Made by a program: the position numbers and the translations under genes. From NCBI GenBank assembly GCA_018063165.1, contig JAGOQU010000005.1:1674-65673 (forward strand): a stretch of DNA of 64,000 bases. The letters are read 5' to 3'. This document shows positions 19,095 to 30,067 of this stretch, piece after piece; the first letter of the stretch is position 1, and every line of letters starts with the position of its first letter. The notes under the pieces were generated by a model. The model was not told the DNA's origin and did not search any database. It saw only the letters and a list, made by a program, of their open reading frames with translations. The DNA comes from Minisyncoccota bacterium. GTDB lineage: Bacteria; Patescibacteriota; Minisyncoccia; Phycocordibacterales; UBA5272.

Positions 19095-19433
19095 TTATTC
19101 TAGCTCAATCTTTATACCAATAACACCATATTTATCTTGTTCTTCTTTGGGGTAAAATTTACAAATTTCATCAAGAAGAAACTCCTTTGAGTCTCCACCA
19201 AAATAATCTGAAGGAAAATCAGAAAACATCTTTTCAAATGATGGGTAACGATATAGTGCCGTCACTTTTGTTTTTACCATATTGTCAGGATTTTCATTTT
19301 GAGAGAAAATAACATCGTCGCCAATATTAATTATTGAACGTTTTTCGTCGAAAAGTCGTGACTCAATAATTTTTCTTCCGTTCACAATTTTTTCATAAGG
19401 CTCTTGAGTAAGCTTCATTTGATGTACAGACAT
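19095..19433 (-). CDS. ASCH-domain protein (YqfB-like size)
   Basis: 112 aa. MKLTQEPYEKIVNGRKIIESRLFDEKRSIINIGDDV ASCH signature. Confidence 0.6.
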   Translation of the reverse strand: MSVHQMKLTQEPYEKIVNGRKIIESRLFDEKRSIINIGDDVIFSQNENPDNMVKTKVTALYRYPSFEKMFSDFPSDYFGGDSKEFLLDEICKFYPKEEQDKYGVIGIKIELE

Positions 19434-19498
19434 ATTATATTAGAATTTATTATTATAAATATAAGAATACCATAAATATTTATAATTATTAAGAGCTG

Positions 19499-19601
19499 TG
19501 CTGGAGGAGAGACTTGGTCACAGTTTCTATTCCTCGCAAGCTCGTCATAATAGAAACCGCGACCCCTATTCTCGTCTCCGCAAGCAAAGCAGTTTGCTTG
19601 C
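19499..19601 (-). repeat. tRNA-linked structured element downstream of tRNA-Leu(CAA)
   Basis: Minus-strand read: hairpin gcaagcaaaCTGCtttgcttgc, then ggagacgagaataggggtcgcg, hairpin gtttctatt...aatagaaac, then tgtgaccaagtctctcctccagca mimicking the tRNA-Leu(CAA) 3' end. Confidence 0.55.
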
Positions 19602-19620
19602 TTCCTCATGAAACACAGTG

Positions 19621-19662
19621 ACCACAAAAACACCCAAGTAGCTACTTGGGTGTTTTTGTGGT
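19621..19662. terminator. long hairpin terminator 3' of tRNA-Leu(CAA)
   Basis: accacaaaaacacccaagtagctacttgggtgtttttgtggt perfect inverted repeat. Confidence 0.7.
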
Positions 19663-19666
19663 CATG

Positions 19667-19748
19667 TGCCGGAGGAGAGACTCGAACTCTCACACCTTGC
19701 GATACACGATTTTGAGTCGTGCGCGTCTACCATTCCGCCACTCCGGCA
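19667..19748 (-). tRNA. tRNA-Leu(CAA)
   Basis: Reverse complement GCCGGAGTGGCGGAATGGTAGACGCGCACGACTCAAAATCGTG + variable arm TATCGCAAGGTGTG + AGAGTTCGAGTCTCTCCTCCGGCA. Confidence 0.8.
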
Positions 19749-20026
19749 TATATTTAATTTTTAACCTTCATTACTTATAGAATATCAAATAAGTAATTTA
19801 TCTTTTCTCGGAATGGTAACCATTCTTTGGTCGTACGTCTGCTGACTTCCGACATCTTCGAGACCAAGTCTCTCGACCACTCCGGCATATATTTAATTTT
19901 TAACCTTCATTACTTATAGAATATCAAATAAGTAATTTATCTTTTCTCGGAATGGTAACCATTCTTTGGTCGTACGTCTGCTGACTTCCGACATCTTCGA
20001 GACCAAGTCTCTCGACCACTCCGGCA
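19749..20026. repeat. two perfect 139-bp tandem repeats, each ending in a copy of the first 11 nt of tRNA-Leu(CAA)
   Basis: Unit tatatttaatttttaacc...ggaatggtaaccattc...atcttcgagaccaagtctctcgaccactccggca at 19749-19887 and 19888-20026. A third partial start follows at 20027. Confidence 0.8.
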
Positions 20027-20136
20027 TATATTTAATTTTAATAAACAGTATGATTATACCACGTCATACCGTTTGTGTAATCTGTCTATTTTTTGTAGAA
20101 TACATTCCAGAAATACTTAGAAAAGGAGTTCTTTAT

Positions 20137-20550
20137 ATGACTACTGAAGTACTATCCCCAAAAGAACTTTATGAACTGCAAGAAAATGCAGAATACGGTG
20201 AATTAGATCATAGCACAGCTTCAAAAAGACACGCAAGAATACTCATGAGTCTTCATTTTGTATTAAGCACTAATGAAGAAATATGCAGTGTTCCTTATGC
20301 TAATATTGAGACAATACAAAAGTTAATCGAAAGATTTTTTGGAAAAAAATATAACATAGATACTTTAAAATACTGGATAGAAGATTTATTAAAAAGAGGT
20401 TACCTGTCAGAATATCATGATGAAATAGATCTAGAAAAAAATTTCTTCTCACTTACAGAATACGGTATAGCACTTTTCATAATTCTTTATGAAAGTCGTG
20501 AAGCACTGTTTGAATCAAATTCAAAAAATAGTATAGCTTTTCTTCATTAA
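20137..20550 (+). CDS. hypothetical protein
   Basis: Start at MTTEVLSP preceded by aaaggag RBS. The upstream part of the listed ORF lies in the tandem repeats. Confidence 0.45.
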   Translation: MTTEVLSPKELYELQENAEYGELDHSTASKRHARILMSLHFVLSTNEEICSVPYANIETIQKLIERFFGKKYNIDTLKYWIEDLLKRGYLSEYHDEIDLEKNFFSLTEYGIALFIILYESREALFESNSKNSIAFLH

Positions 20551-20645
20551 AAATGATCTATTTACATAAAGTACTATATGTAGTATTATAGAATACTGAC
20601 TTTCTAATTGGTTTAGAGAGCAGACTACTGAGGAGTTCTTTAATA

Positions 20646-20900
20646 ATGTCGAATAAAAAAATTGACTTTAAAATTGATGATCATGTTATTGTTCATCCAG
20701 GAATTATGTCTGATCCAGACAAAGCAAAAAAAATAACAAACAGAACAGGCCTTACAGGAGAAGAACTGTCTGAACCTATGCGAGTTATACATACGACAGA
20801 AGATCAACAAATTCATATCAAACACAAAAAACTCAAAAGAACATTGATCGTCCATTCAAAATTCATGACACACGCATCTCCGGTGTCTACGATGTCCTAA
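20646..20900 (+). CDS. hypothetical small protein
   Basis: 84 aa ORF with gaggag RBS. Followed by a terminator hairpin at 20915-20950. Confidence 0.4.
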   Translation: MSNKKIDFKIDDHVIVHPGIMSDPDKAKKITNRTGLTGEELSEPMRVIHTTEDQQIHIKHKKLKRTLIVHSKFMTHASPVSTMS

Positions 20901-20958
20901 CGTGCAACAACAAACCCGCTATATCACATATAATTATATAGCGGGTTTTTTTTATTTT

Positions 20959-21189
20959 TTAAAAAGCGTATTCACTAATATAATCTATAATATCATCTGA
21001 TTCACCCATTGAAATATTCGCTGTTGTATCTATTAGAAATGGCATAGACTTAATATTTTTTGTTTGCGCTTCAGCTAAAAATTCATCATTTTCGATATTT
21101 CTTTCTTCGTAAACTATACCCTTTTCAAGAAAAGCATTTTTTACTTTCTCACAATACATGCATTTATTTTTTGTATATAAAATTAACAT
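20959..21189 (-). CDS. glutaredoxin/NrdH-like thiol-disulfide protein
   Basis: MLILYTKNKCMYCEKVKNAFLEKGIVYEERNI: CxxC in glutaredoxin context. Confidence 0.65.
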   Translation of the reverse strand: MLILYTKNKCMYCEKVKNAFLEKGIVYEERNIENDEFLAEAQTKNIKSMPFLIDTTANISMGESDDIIDYISEYAF

Positions 21190-21231
21190 ACTATAGATAT
21201 TATAATAATACATGTTAGTATACTTTATACT

Positions 21232-22092
21232 ATGAACAAACTCCAATCGATATTTATAGTCACAGGACCAACAGCAAGTGGTAAAAGTGACTTCGCTGTA
21301 GAGTTAGCCTTAAAACATGACGGTGAAATTATCTCTGCAGACTCAAGACAGCTATACAAAGGATTAGATATTGGAACAGGTAAAATAACAAAAGAAGAGA
21401 TGAAAGGTGTTAAACATCACATGCTTGATGTATGTGAACTTAACGATGATTTTTCTGTAGCAACATATAAAAAAATGTCACAAAAAATACTTCACGATAT
21501 AATTAATAGAAATAAAACCCCTATTATTTGTGGAGGAACAGGACAATATATAGATACTTTTATAGTTAATCAAACTATTCCTGAAGTTGCTCCTAATAAA
21601 AAACTACGAGACTATTTAGAAACAAAAACAACCGAGGAATTATACCAAGAACTTTTACTAAAAGATGAAAATCGAGCAAAAAAAATAGATAAGCATAATA
21701 AGGTTCGCATCGTTCGAGCTCTTGAAATAATAGATACGTTAGGTTACGTACCTCAACAAGAAATCATAAAAAATAATAACCATATAACTCTTTATCTTAT
21801 GGACATAAAAAGAGAATTGTTGCGAAAAAAAATAACCAATCGGCTAGAAAAAAGATTGAAACAAGGTATGATTGAAGAAGTTAAAGAAGTTCTTAACAAA
21901 GGATATAACGTTACGGAGTGTAAAAAATTTGGCATTGAATACGTAGCAATAGCAAAATTATTACGTAACGAAATAACAGAAGAAGACATGAAAAATGAAA
22001 TTATTACACACTCTATGCAATATGCCAAAAGACAACAAACGTGGAATAAAAAATATAAAGAAAAAGCAATTCTAATAGAGGTGTTGCAATAA
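21232..22092 (+). CDS. miaA: tRNA dimethylallyltransferase
   Basis: IFIVTGPTASGKSDFAVELA...ISADSRQLYKGLDIGTGKIT P-loop and MiaA signature. Confidence 0.9.
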   Translation: MNKLQSIFIVTGPTASGKSDFAVELALKHDGEIISADSRQLYKGLDIGTGKITKEEMKGVKHHMLDVCELNDDFSVATYKKMSQKILHDIINRNKTPIICGGTGQYIDTFIVNQTIPEVAPNKKLRDYLETKTTEELYQELLLKDENRAKKIDKHNKVRIVRALEIIDTLGYVPQQEIIKNNNHITLYLMDIKRELLRKKITNRLEKRLKQGMIEEVKEVLNKGYNVTECKKFGIEYVAIAKLLRNEITEEDMKNEIITHSMQYAKRQQTWNKKYKEKAILIEVLQ

Positions 22093-22131
22093 AAAAACAA
22101 GGTTATATATAACCTTGTTTCATAGACCAAT

Positions 22132-22896
22132 CTACACTGTTTTCACAAACTGATTATTATTAGTTAAATGATTAACAAGTTGTTTTTCTTTTTCAAAACG
22201 ATCAAGTATCTTTTTCTCTTCATCGTAATGTTTAGTTATATGAAAAAAACGTAAACAAAGATCAAGTGTTTCTCTGTTATCAGATTTCGCATTATGCATT
22301 GCATAAAGCCATAAACGATCAGAAATATCTGGTGAATTTTTTAAGTCAATAATTTCATCTTTATATAATTCATACAACAAACTTTCAAAAACAAGAAGAG
22401 TAAGATTATGATCACCAAGATCTTTTAAACTAACATGAAGCATACCTTCTTTATTTTCTTTGTTTGCGTACATTTTTACCATATCAAAATCATCTTCTAA
22501 CATAGTAACTAACGTCTCTTTATATGAATTAAAAAAACGTAATAAAAACGTTTTCTTTAAAAAGAGAAGAATTTTAGCATACACCTTCACAAAAATAATA
22601 ATCTGCTCTGATGTATATTCTTTATGCCAAAAAGTCATCTCTTTTCGTATTTCAGACGTCCACATATACATACGATAACAAAGATACGGTATTCTCATTT
22701 TTTGTAAAAAATTACCTTTTTCCGAAAACTCGACAGACGCATAAAGAATCTTTACATACTCTATTGCAAGAAGTGTATCTCCCTCTTTCATATTACTTTC
22801 AGCTATGTAACCATATCTTTTTTCAAAGGTAGCAATTGCACCCTGCTCAGTAAAAAAACAGTTACGAGAAACCAAACAATGTATTACATTATCCAT
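22132..22896 (-). CDS. hypothetical protein
   Basis: ~255 aa ORF, no family recognised. Confidence 0.35.
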   Translation of the reverse strand: MDNVIHCLVSRNCFFTEQGAIATFEKRYGYIAESNMKEGDTLLAIEYVKILYASVEFSEKGNFLQKMRIPYLCYRMYMWTSEIRKEMTFWHKEYTSEQIIIFVKVYAKILLFLKKTFLLRFFNSYKETLVTMLEDDFDMVKMYANKENKEGMLHVSLKDLGDHNLTLLVFESLLYELYKDEIIDLKNSPDISDRLWLYAMHNAKSDNRETLDLCLRFFHITKHYDEEKKILDRFEKEKQLVNHLTNNNQFVKTV

Positions 22897-23025
22897 ACAA
22901 AGAACTACCTTTCTTACGACACACAACAAAAACTATTTTCTATTATACAATATAATACACATAAGTCAATTAATATATACTATTCTTTATATCTCTTTAA
23001 AAGAAAAGATCAAAATGGTATACTT

Positions 23026-24447
23026 ATGAACATGTCATCACCATACATCATAACAATAGGGCTCGAAATTCATGCAGAACTACACACATATAGTAAAATG
23101 TGGTGCGGTTGTAAAAATGACCCACAAGCAGAAAAACCTAATATCAACATATGTGAAATATGTATGGCACACCCAGGAACACTTCCTGTACCAAATAAAG
23201 AAGCTATAAAAAAAGTGATACAAGTTGGTCTTGCTACACATTCAACTATTGCTGATTTTACAGAATTTGATCGTAAGAATTATTTTTATCCAGATATTCC
23301 AAAAGGATACCAATTAACTCAATATAAATACCCTATTGTTTCAGGTGGTCAAATAAACGGGACAGAACTCACTCGTATACATTTGGAAGAAGATACTGCG
23401 AAATCATCTCATGAAAATGGTATTACTCTTGTGGACTATAATCGAGCAGGAGTTCCTCTTATGGAGCTTGTAACAGAACCTGTTATTCATTCTGCTGAGC
23501 AAGCTGTGGCTTTTGCAAAATCTCTCCAGCAAATACTTCGCTACACTGGAGCGTCTGAAGCAAATATGGAAATGGGTCAAATGCGTATCGAAGCAAACAT
23601 TTCTGTATCAAAAGATCCTAAGAAATTTGGAACTAAATGTGAAGTAAAAAATATTAATTCATTTGCTTCTGTAGAAGGTGCTATACGTTACGAAGTGGAA
23701 AGACATATTGCAACTCTCGAAGAAGGAGGCGTTATTATTCAAGAAACACGTGGCTGGGATGAAGTAAAATTAGAAACCTTTAGTCAAAGAAAAAAAGAAA
23801 ATGCACATGATTATAGATATTTTCCTGATCCAGACCTTCCAAAATTATACCTTTCAAAACTTTTTGATATAGAAGCATTACGTTTAGAAATACCAGAATT
23901 ACCTGAGGCAAGAAAAAAGAGAATGCTTGAAGCTGGTTTAAAAGAAGATGTTGTCGAAATTATTCTTAGTGATAAGAGTATAGCTGTGTATTTTGATGAA
24001 GTAACTAATGGACACGATACAACATATCAAACACTTGCAGCAAATTATCTTGTAGCAGATATATTCGGTATCCTCAAAAAAGAGAGTAAAACTATTACTG
24101 CAAACAACTTTCCTTCTTCTGTTTCGTTTAAAACTCTTTTAGAAATGATACAAAAAGGAGAACTTTCTTCACGTGGCGCAAAAGACCTTCTTCCGCTTAT
24201 GATCATAGATAAAACTATAGATGTAAAAAAAGTTGCAGAAGAAAAAGGAATGATACAAAAAAATGATCCAGAACTTCTTAAAACTATCGTACATGAAGTT
24301 ATAATAGAAAACCCTAATCAAGTAGCTGAATACAAAAATGGAAAAGAAAGTATGTTTATGTTTTTTGTTGGTCAGTGTATGAAGAAATCAAAAGGTGCAG
24401 GTAACCCGGGAGTATTTCAAGAACTCTTAAAGGAAATTCTTATCTAA
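23026..24447 (+). CDS. gatB: Asp-tRNA(Asn)/Glu-tRNA(Gln) amidotransferase subunit B
   Basis: IGLEIHAELHTYSKMWCGC...ICEICMAHPGTLPVPNKEAI GatB N-terminus. C-terminal GatB/YqeY domain. Confidence 0.9.
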   Translation: MNMSSPYIITIGLEIHAELHTYSKMWCGCKNDPQAEKPNINICEICMAHPGTLPVPNKEAIKKVIQVGLATHSTIADFTEFDRKNYFYPDIPKGYQLTQYKYPIVSGGQINGTELTRIHLEEDTAKSSHENGITLVDYNRAGVPLMELVTEPVIHSAEQAVAFAKSLQQILRYTGASEANMEMGQMRIEANISVSKDPKKFGTKCEVKNINSFASVEGAIRYEVERHIATLEEGGVIIQETRGWDEVKLETFSQRKKENAHDYRYFPDPDLPKLYLSKLFDIEALRLEIPELPEARKKRMLEAGLKEDVVEIILSDKSIAVYFDEVTNGHDTTYQTLAANYLVADIFGILKKESKTITANNFPSSVSFKTLLEMIQKGELSSRGAKDLLPLMIIDKTIDVKKVAEEKGMIQKNDPELLKTIVHEVIIENPNQVAEYKNGKESMFMFFVGQCMKKSKGAGNPGVFQELLKEILI

Positions 24448-24469
24448 TGATTATCTACGTATAGCTACA

Positions 24470-24503
24470 GAAAAATGCGGAACCGTACGGTTCCGCATTT
24501 ATT
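24470..24503. terminator. terminator hairpin
   Basis: aaaatgcggaaccgtacggttccgcatttatttt. Confidence 0.7.
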
Positions 24504-24525
24504 TTAAATATGTACACAGCATCTG

Positions 24526-25083
24526 CTATGATGGATTACCTGTACAACCATTTTCTTTCATAACATTAATTTGCTTTTTTTGTTGTATCTTTTGTCCTGG
24601 TTTAGTAATTTTCGATACATCCTTTTCATACCCCACATGAAAATCAGGATAATGATGAGTTCGAGTACTACTATTTTCTAAATCAGGAACAAAATCAATA
24701 TTAAAAGATAGTACATAATCACCACGATCTGATGTAATGGTTACAGGCACTCGAACAGTATCAGAAAAAATTAAAATACTATCTGGAATACAAGAAACAT
24801 CTAACACACCTTTAGACTCTTTAAGTATTCTTTCTGAAACAGGGATATCTCCTATTTTAAAAGAGTCAACAATCATTCTTGAAATAAGAGCTTTAGGAAT
24901 TGATTTTTCTCTTTCCATTTCGAGTGACTTTTTAAGTTCTTCAAGTTGTGATTCGAGGCGTTTCTTATCTTCTTCTAAATTTGAAATAGCGTAATCAAGC
25001 TCAACAACTCTTGTTGCATAACAGGCTACTACTTCAATCATCTTGAAGTGTTTTACGTCATTAGCATTAGAATTCGTGGACAT
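24526..25083 (-). CDS. hypothetical coiled-coil protein (paralog A)
   Basis: N-terminal coiled coil then a beta-rich domain KIGDIPVSERILKESKGVLDVSCIPDSILIFSDTVRVPVTITSD. Related to the 25289-25696 product. Confidence 0.45.
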   Translation of the reverse strand: MSTNSNANDVKHFKMIEVVACYATRVVELDYAISNLEEDKKRLESQLEELKKSLEMEREKSIPKALISRMIVDSFKIGDIPVSERILKESKGVLDVSCIPDSILIFSDTVRVPVTITSDRGDYVLSFNIDFVPDLENSSTRTHHYPDFHVGYEKDVSKITKPGQKIQQKKQINVMKENGCTGNPS

Positions 25084-25231
25084 ATTTTTTCCTTATGTAT
25101 AGAACAATATATCTATACAATATAGATATACCTCTAAAAAGAACACTATCACACTAAACTACAAAAATCAAAAAGATTAGAGAGTCAGATAGTATTTCAT
25201 GAATTACTTAAAATAGAACTTGCTTAATTCT

Positions 25232-25270
25232 ATATATAAAAAAACGGAAATCGTACGATTTCCGTTTTTT
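25232..25270. terminator. terminator hairpin (paralogous to 24470-24503)
   Basis: aaaaaaacggaaatcgtacgatttccgttttttaaa. Confidence 0.7.
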
Positions 25271-25288
25271 AAACGCTTTTCCACTTTT

Positions 25289-25696
25289 TTATACTTTTTC
25301 TTTGATCGAAAAAAAATATGTATGAGTAGAAGAATCATGTCTTCCTAAAGAAAAAGTAACATCTGCTGTCACAACCCCTTTTTCTCCAAAAAGAATATTT
25401 TCAGGTCCGCAATGAAGTGTTACAGAAAGAGCACTGTCAACGACATCTAACGGATAAGGAATTTTACCTAAGGCAAACTGTTCTTTAACAAATTCTGATA
25501 AATACCTTACAGGGATAGTTTTTGACAATTCATCTTTACTATCTTGAAATTCCTTTTCTAGAATTTTTATTTTTTCGAGAGACTCTAAATATGCTTTTCT
25601 GTATTTAAAACTTTCAAGCGTTAAATGAGTAATTATCTCTTTTGGATCAAAATCAGAAAGAGGTATATCTGGCATAAAATAACTCCTCAATGACAA
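25289..25696 (-). CDS. hypothetical coiled-coil protein (paralog B)
   Basis: LGKIPYPLDVVDSALSVTLHCGPENILFGEKGVVTADVTFSLGR aligns with paralog A. Same domain order. Confidence 0.45.
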   Translation of the reverse strand: MSLRSYFMPDIPLSDFDPKEIITHLTLESFKYRKAYLESLEKIKILEKEFQDSKDELSKTIPVRYLSEFVKEQFALGKIPYPLDVVDSALSVTLHCGPENILFGEKGVVTADVTFSLGRHDSSTHTYFFSIKEKV

Positions 25697-25771
25697 ATAG
25701 AATGCTGTACCACGTATGGTTCCAATATTAAGAATACCATACTTTTTTAAAAAGTCAAAGAAGCGAACAAA

Positions 25772-26740
25772 CTACTTAGTAAGAGTTTGTATCAACATAT
25801 CTCCAAAATTTTTAATAGTAGCATCTTCGTACAAAGAAAGTGTTACTATAGATTTTGATTTTGAAACTTTTTCCAATGCTTTTATTTTTTCTTTACAAGT
25901 TTTTTCATCAACAGTGTCTACTTTTGACAATACAATAACTTCTTCGCGATCAAGAAGCTTTTTATCATACTTTCCTAATTCTTCTCGTATTGTTGTATAC
26001 ACTTTTGCAACATCTTCATTTTCTGAAGAAATAAGATGCACCAGTGTATGTGTACGAGTTATATGACGAAGAAATTTATGACCAAGACCTTTTCCATCAC
26101 TAGCACCTTCGATAAGACCAGGAATATCCGCAAGTACATACGAAAAATATACACCAAGGTTAGGTTCAAGTGTAGTAAAAGGATAATCTCCAATCTTCGC
26201 ACCAGCACGAGTAAGTGCATTTAAAAGTGATGATTTACCTGCGTTAGGTAAACCAATTAGCCCCACATCAGCGATTAATTTAAGTTCTATATCAAATGTT
26301 GCAAACTCCCCTTTTTCACCTTTAGTAAATTCTTCTGGTGTACGATTAGTTGATGTCTTGAAGTTCTCATTACCAAGTCCACCTTTTCCACCACGAAGAA
26401 TGAGAATGTCACCTTCCTCGAGACATTCATATGTTTTGTCGTATTCACGATTATATATCACAGCACCAAGTGGAACTTGAAGAAAAAGATCTTTTGCATT
26501 ACTGCCATGCATACTACGTTTTTGTCCTGCTTCACCTATGTCTGCTGACCATTCTTTTTTGTGCTTATACACCGAAAGAGCTTGTATATCTCTAATAACA
26601 CGAAAATATACATCTCCACCTTTACCACCATCACCACCTGCAGGACCACCAAAAGGTATACCTTTTTCACGTCGCCATCTGACAACACCGTCACCACCTT
26701 TTCCTGCTTCTATTTTGAGTGTTACATGATCGATTAACAT
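25772..26740 (-). CDS. obg: GTPase Obg (minimal form)
   Basis: MLIDHVTLKIEAGKGGDGVVRWRREKGIPFGGPAGGDGGKGGDVYF Obg fold glycine-rich N-domain, then G-domain ADVGLIGLPNAGKSSLL. 322 aa. Confidence 0.9.
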   Translation of the reverse strand: MLIDHVTLKIEAGKGGDGVVRWRREKGIPFGGPAGGDGGKGGDVYFRVIRDIQALSVYKHKKEWSADIGEAGQKRSMHGSNAKDLFLQVPLGAVIYNREYDKTYECLEEGDILILRGGKGGLGNENFKTSTNRTPEEFTKGEKGEFATFDIELKLIADVGLIGLPNAGKSSLLNALTRAGAKIGDYPFTTLEPNLGVYFSYVLADIPGLIEGASDGKGLGHKFLRHITRTHTLVHLISSENEDVAKVYTTIREELGKYDKKLLDREEVIVLSKVDTVDEKTCKEKIKALEKVSKSKSIVTLSLYEDATIKNFGDMLIQTLTK

Positions 26741-26858
26741 CTACATATAATACCATATTTTAAAGACTTTTGCAAGTTTTTTAGATTCTTTTATATAACA
26801 ATTTTTGTTATTTTGTCAATTCTTGACGCTCAGATAAAGAAGTATACAATGAGTACAT

Positions 26859-27272
26859 ATGAAAACAATACAAAATATTCTTGTTGTTTCTGCAGTTTAT
26901 ATAGCTGGGACATTTTTTGCATCTGCTCAATATTATTATCAAAATCAATATCCTACGTATCAGTATCAAAATTACACTCAAGAAGTAAAACAACTTGGTA
27001 ATTGTTATTATACAAACACAAATCCTGCTGTGTATTATGGTAATTGTGTAGGAATAGCACCTTCATATTCATATACAAACACATACCAAGCACAATACCC
27101 TACATATCAAAACTATTATCAACCAACATCATATACACAATACTCACCATATTATACATATGGATATCAAGAAGGTAGATGGCATAGAGGATACACACAT
27201 AGTACTCTTGGTGATTTTTTTACTGGAGGAAGTAGATGTTACCAGCAAAACGGCTATACTGCTTGCTACTAA
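26859..27272 (+). CDS. secreted Tyr/Gln/Asn-rich low-complexity protein
   Basis: Signal peptide MKTIQNILVVSAVYIAGTFFASA, then a repetitive YQ/YT/NQ-rich sequence with 6 Cys. 137 aa. Confidence 0.5.
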   Translation: MKTIQNILVVSAVYIAGTFFASAQYYYQNQYPTYQYQNYTQEVKQLGNCYYTNTNPAVYYGNCVGIAPSYSYTNTYQAQYPTYQNYYQPTSYTQYSPYYTYGYQEGRWHRGYTHSTLGDFFTGGSRCYQQNGYTACY

Positions 27273-27280
27273 TATAACTA

Positions 27281-27318
27281 CTTAAAAAAATACTAGCTAC
27301 ATGCTAGTATTTTTTATT
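27281..27318. terminator. bidirectional terminator
   Basis: aaaaaaatactagctacatgctagtattttttatt. Confidence 0.7.
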
Positions 27319-27329
27319 GAGCACAAATA

Positions 27330-30064
<2,735 letters not shown>

Positions 30065-30067
30065 ATA

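Noticed and set aside
19749-20026. Tandem repeats considered as a possible CRISPR array
   Set aside because: Only two units of 139 bp with no spacer/repeat alternation. The units contain a tRNA 5' fragment. Not CRISPR.
19966-20136. N-terminal extension of ORF 19966-20550
   Set aside because: Lies inside the 139-bp tandem repeat. A strong RBS + ATG at 20137 gives a more plausible start.
25772-26740. Obg considered as truncated or pseudogene because it lacks a C-terminal TGS/OCT domain
   Set aside because: The Obg-fold N-domain and complete G-domain are intact, and the ORF ends at a clean stop followed by a promoter region. Minimal two-domain Obg proteins are known.
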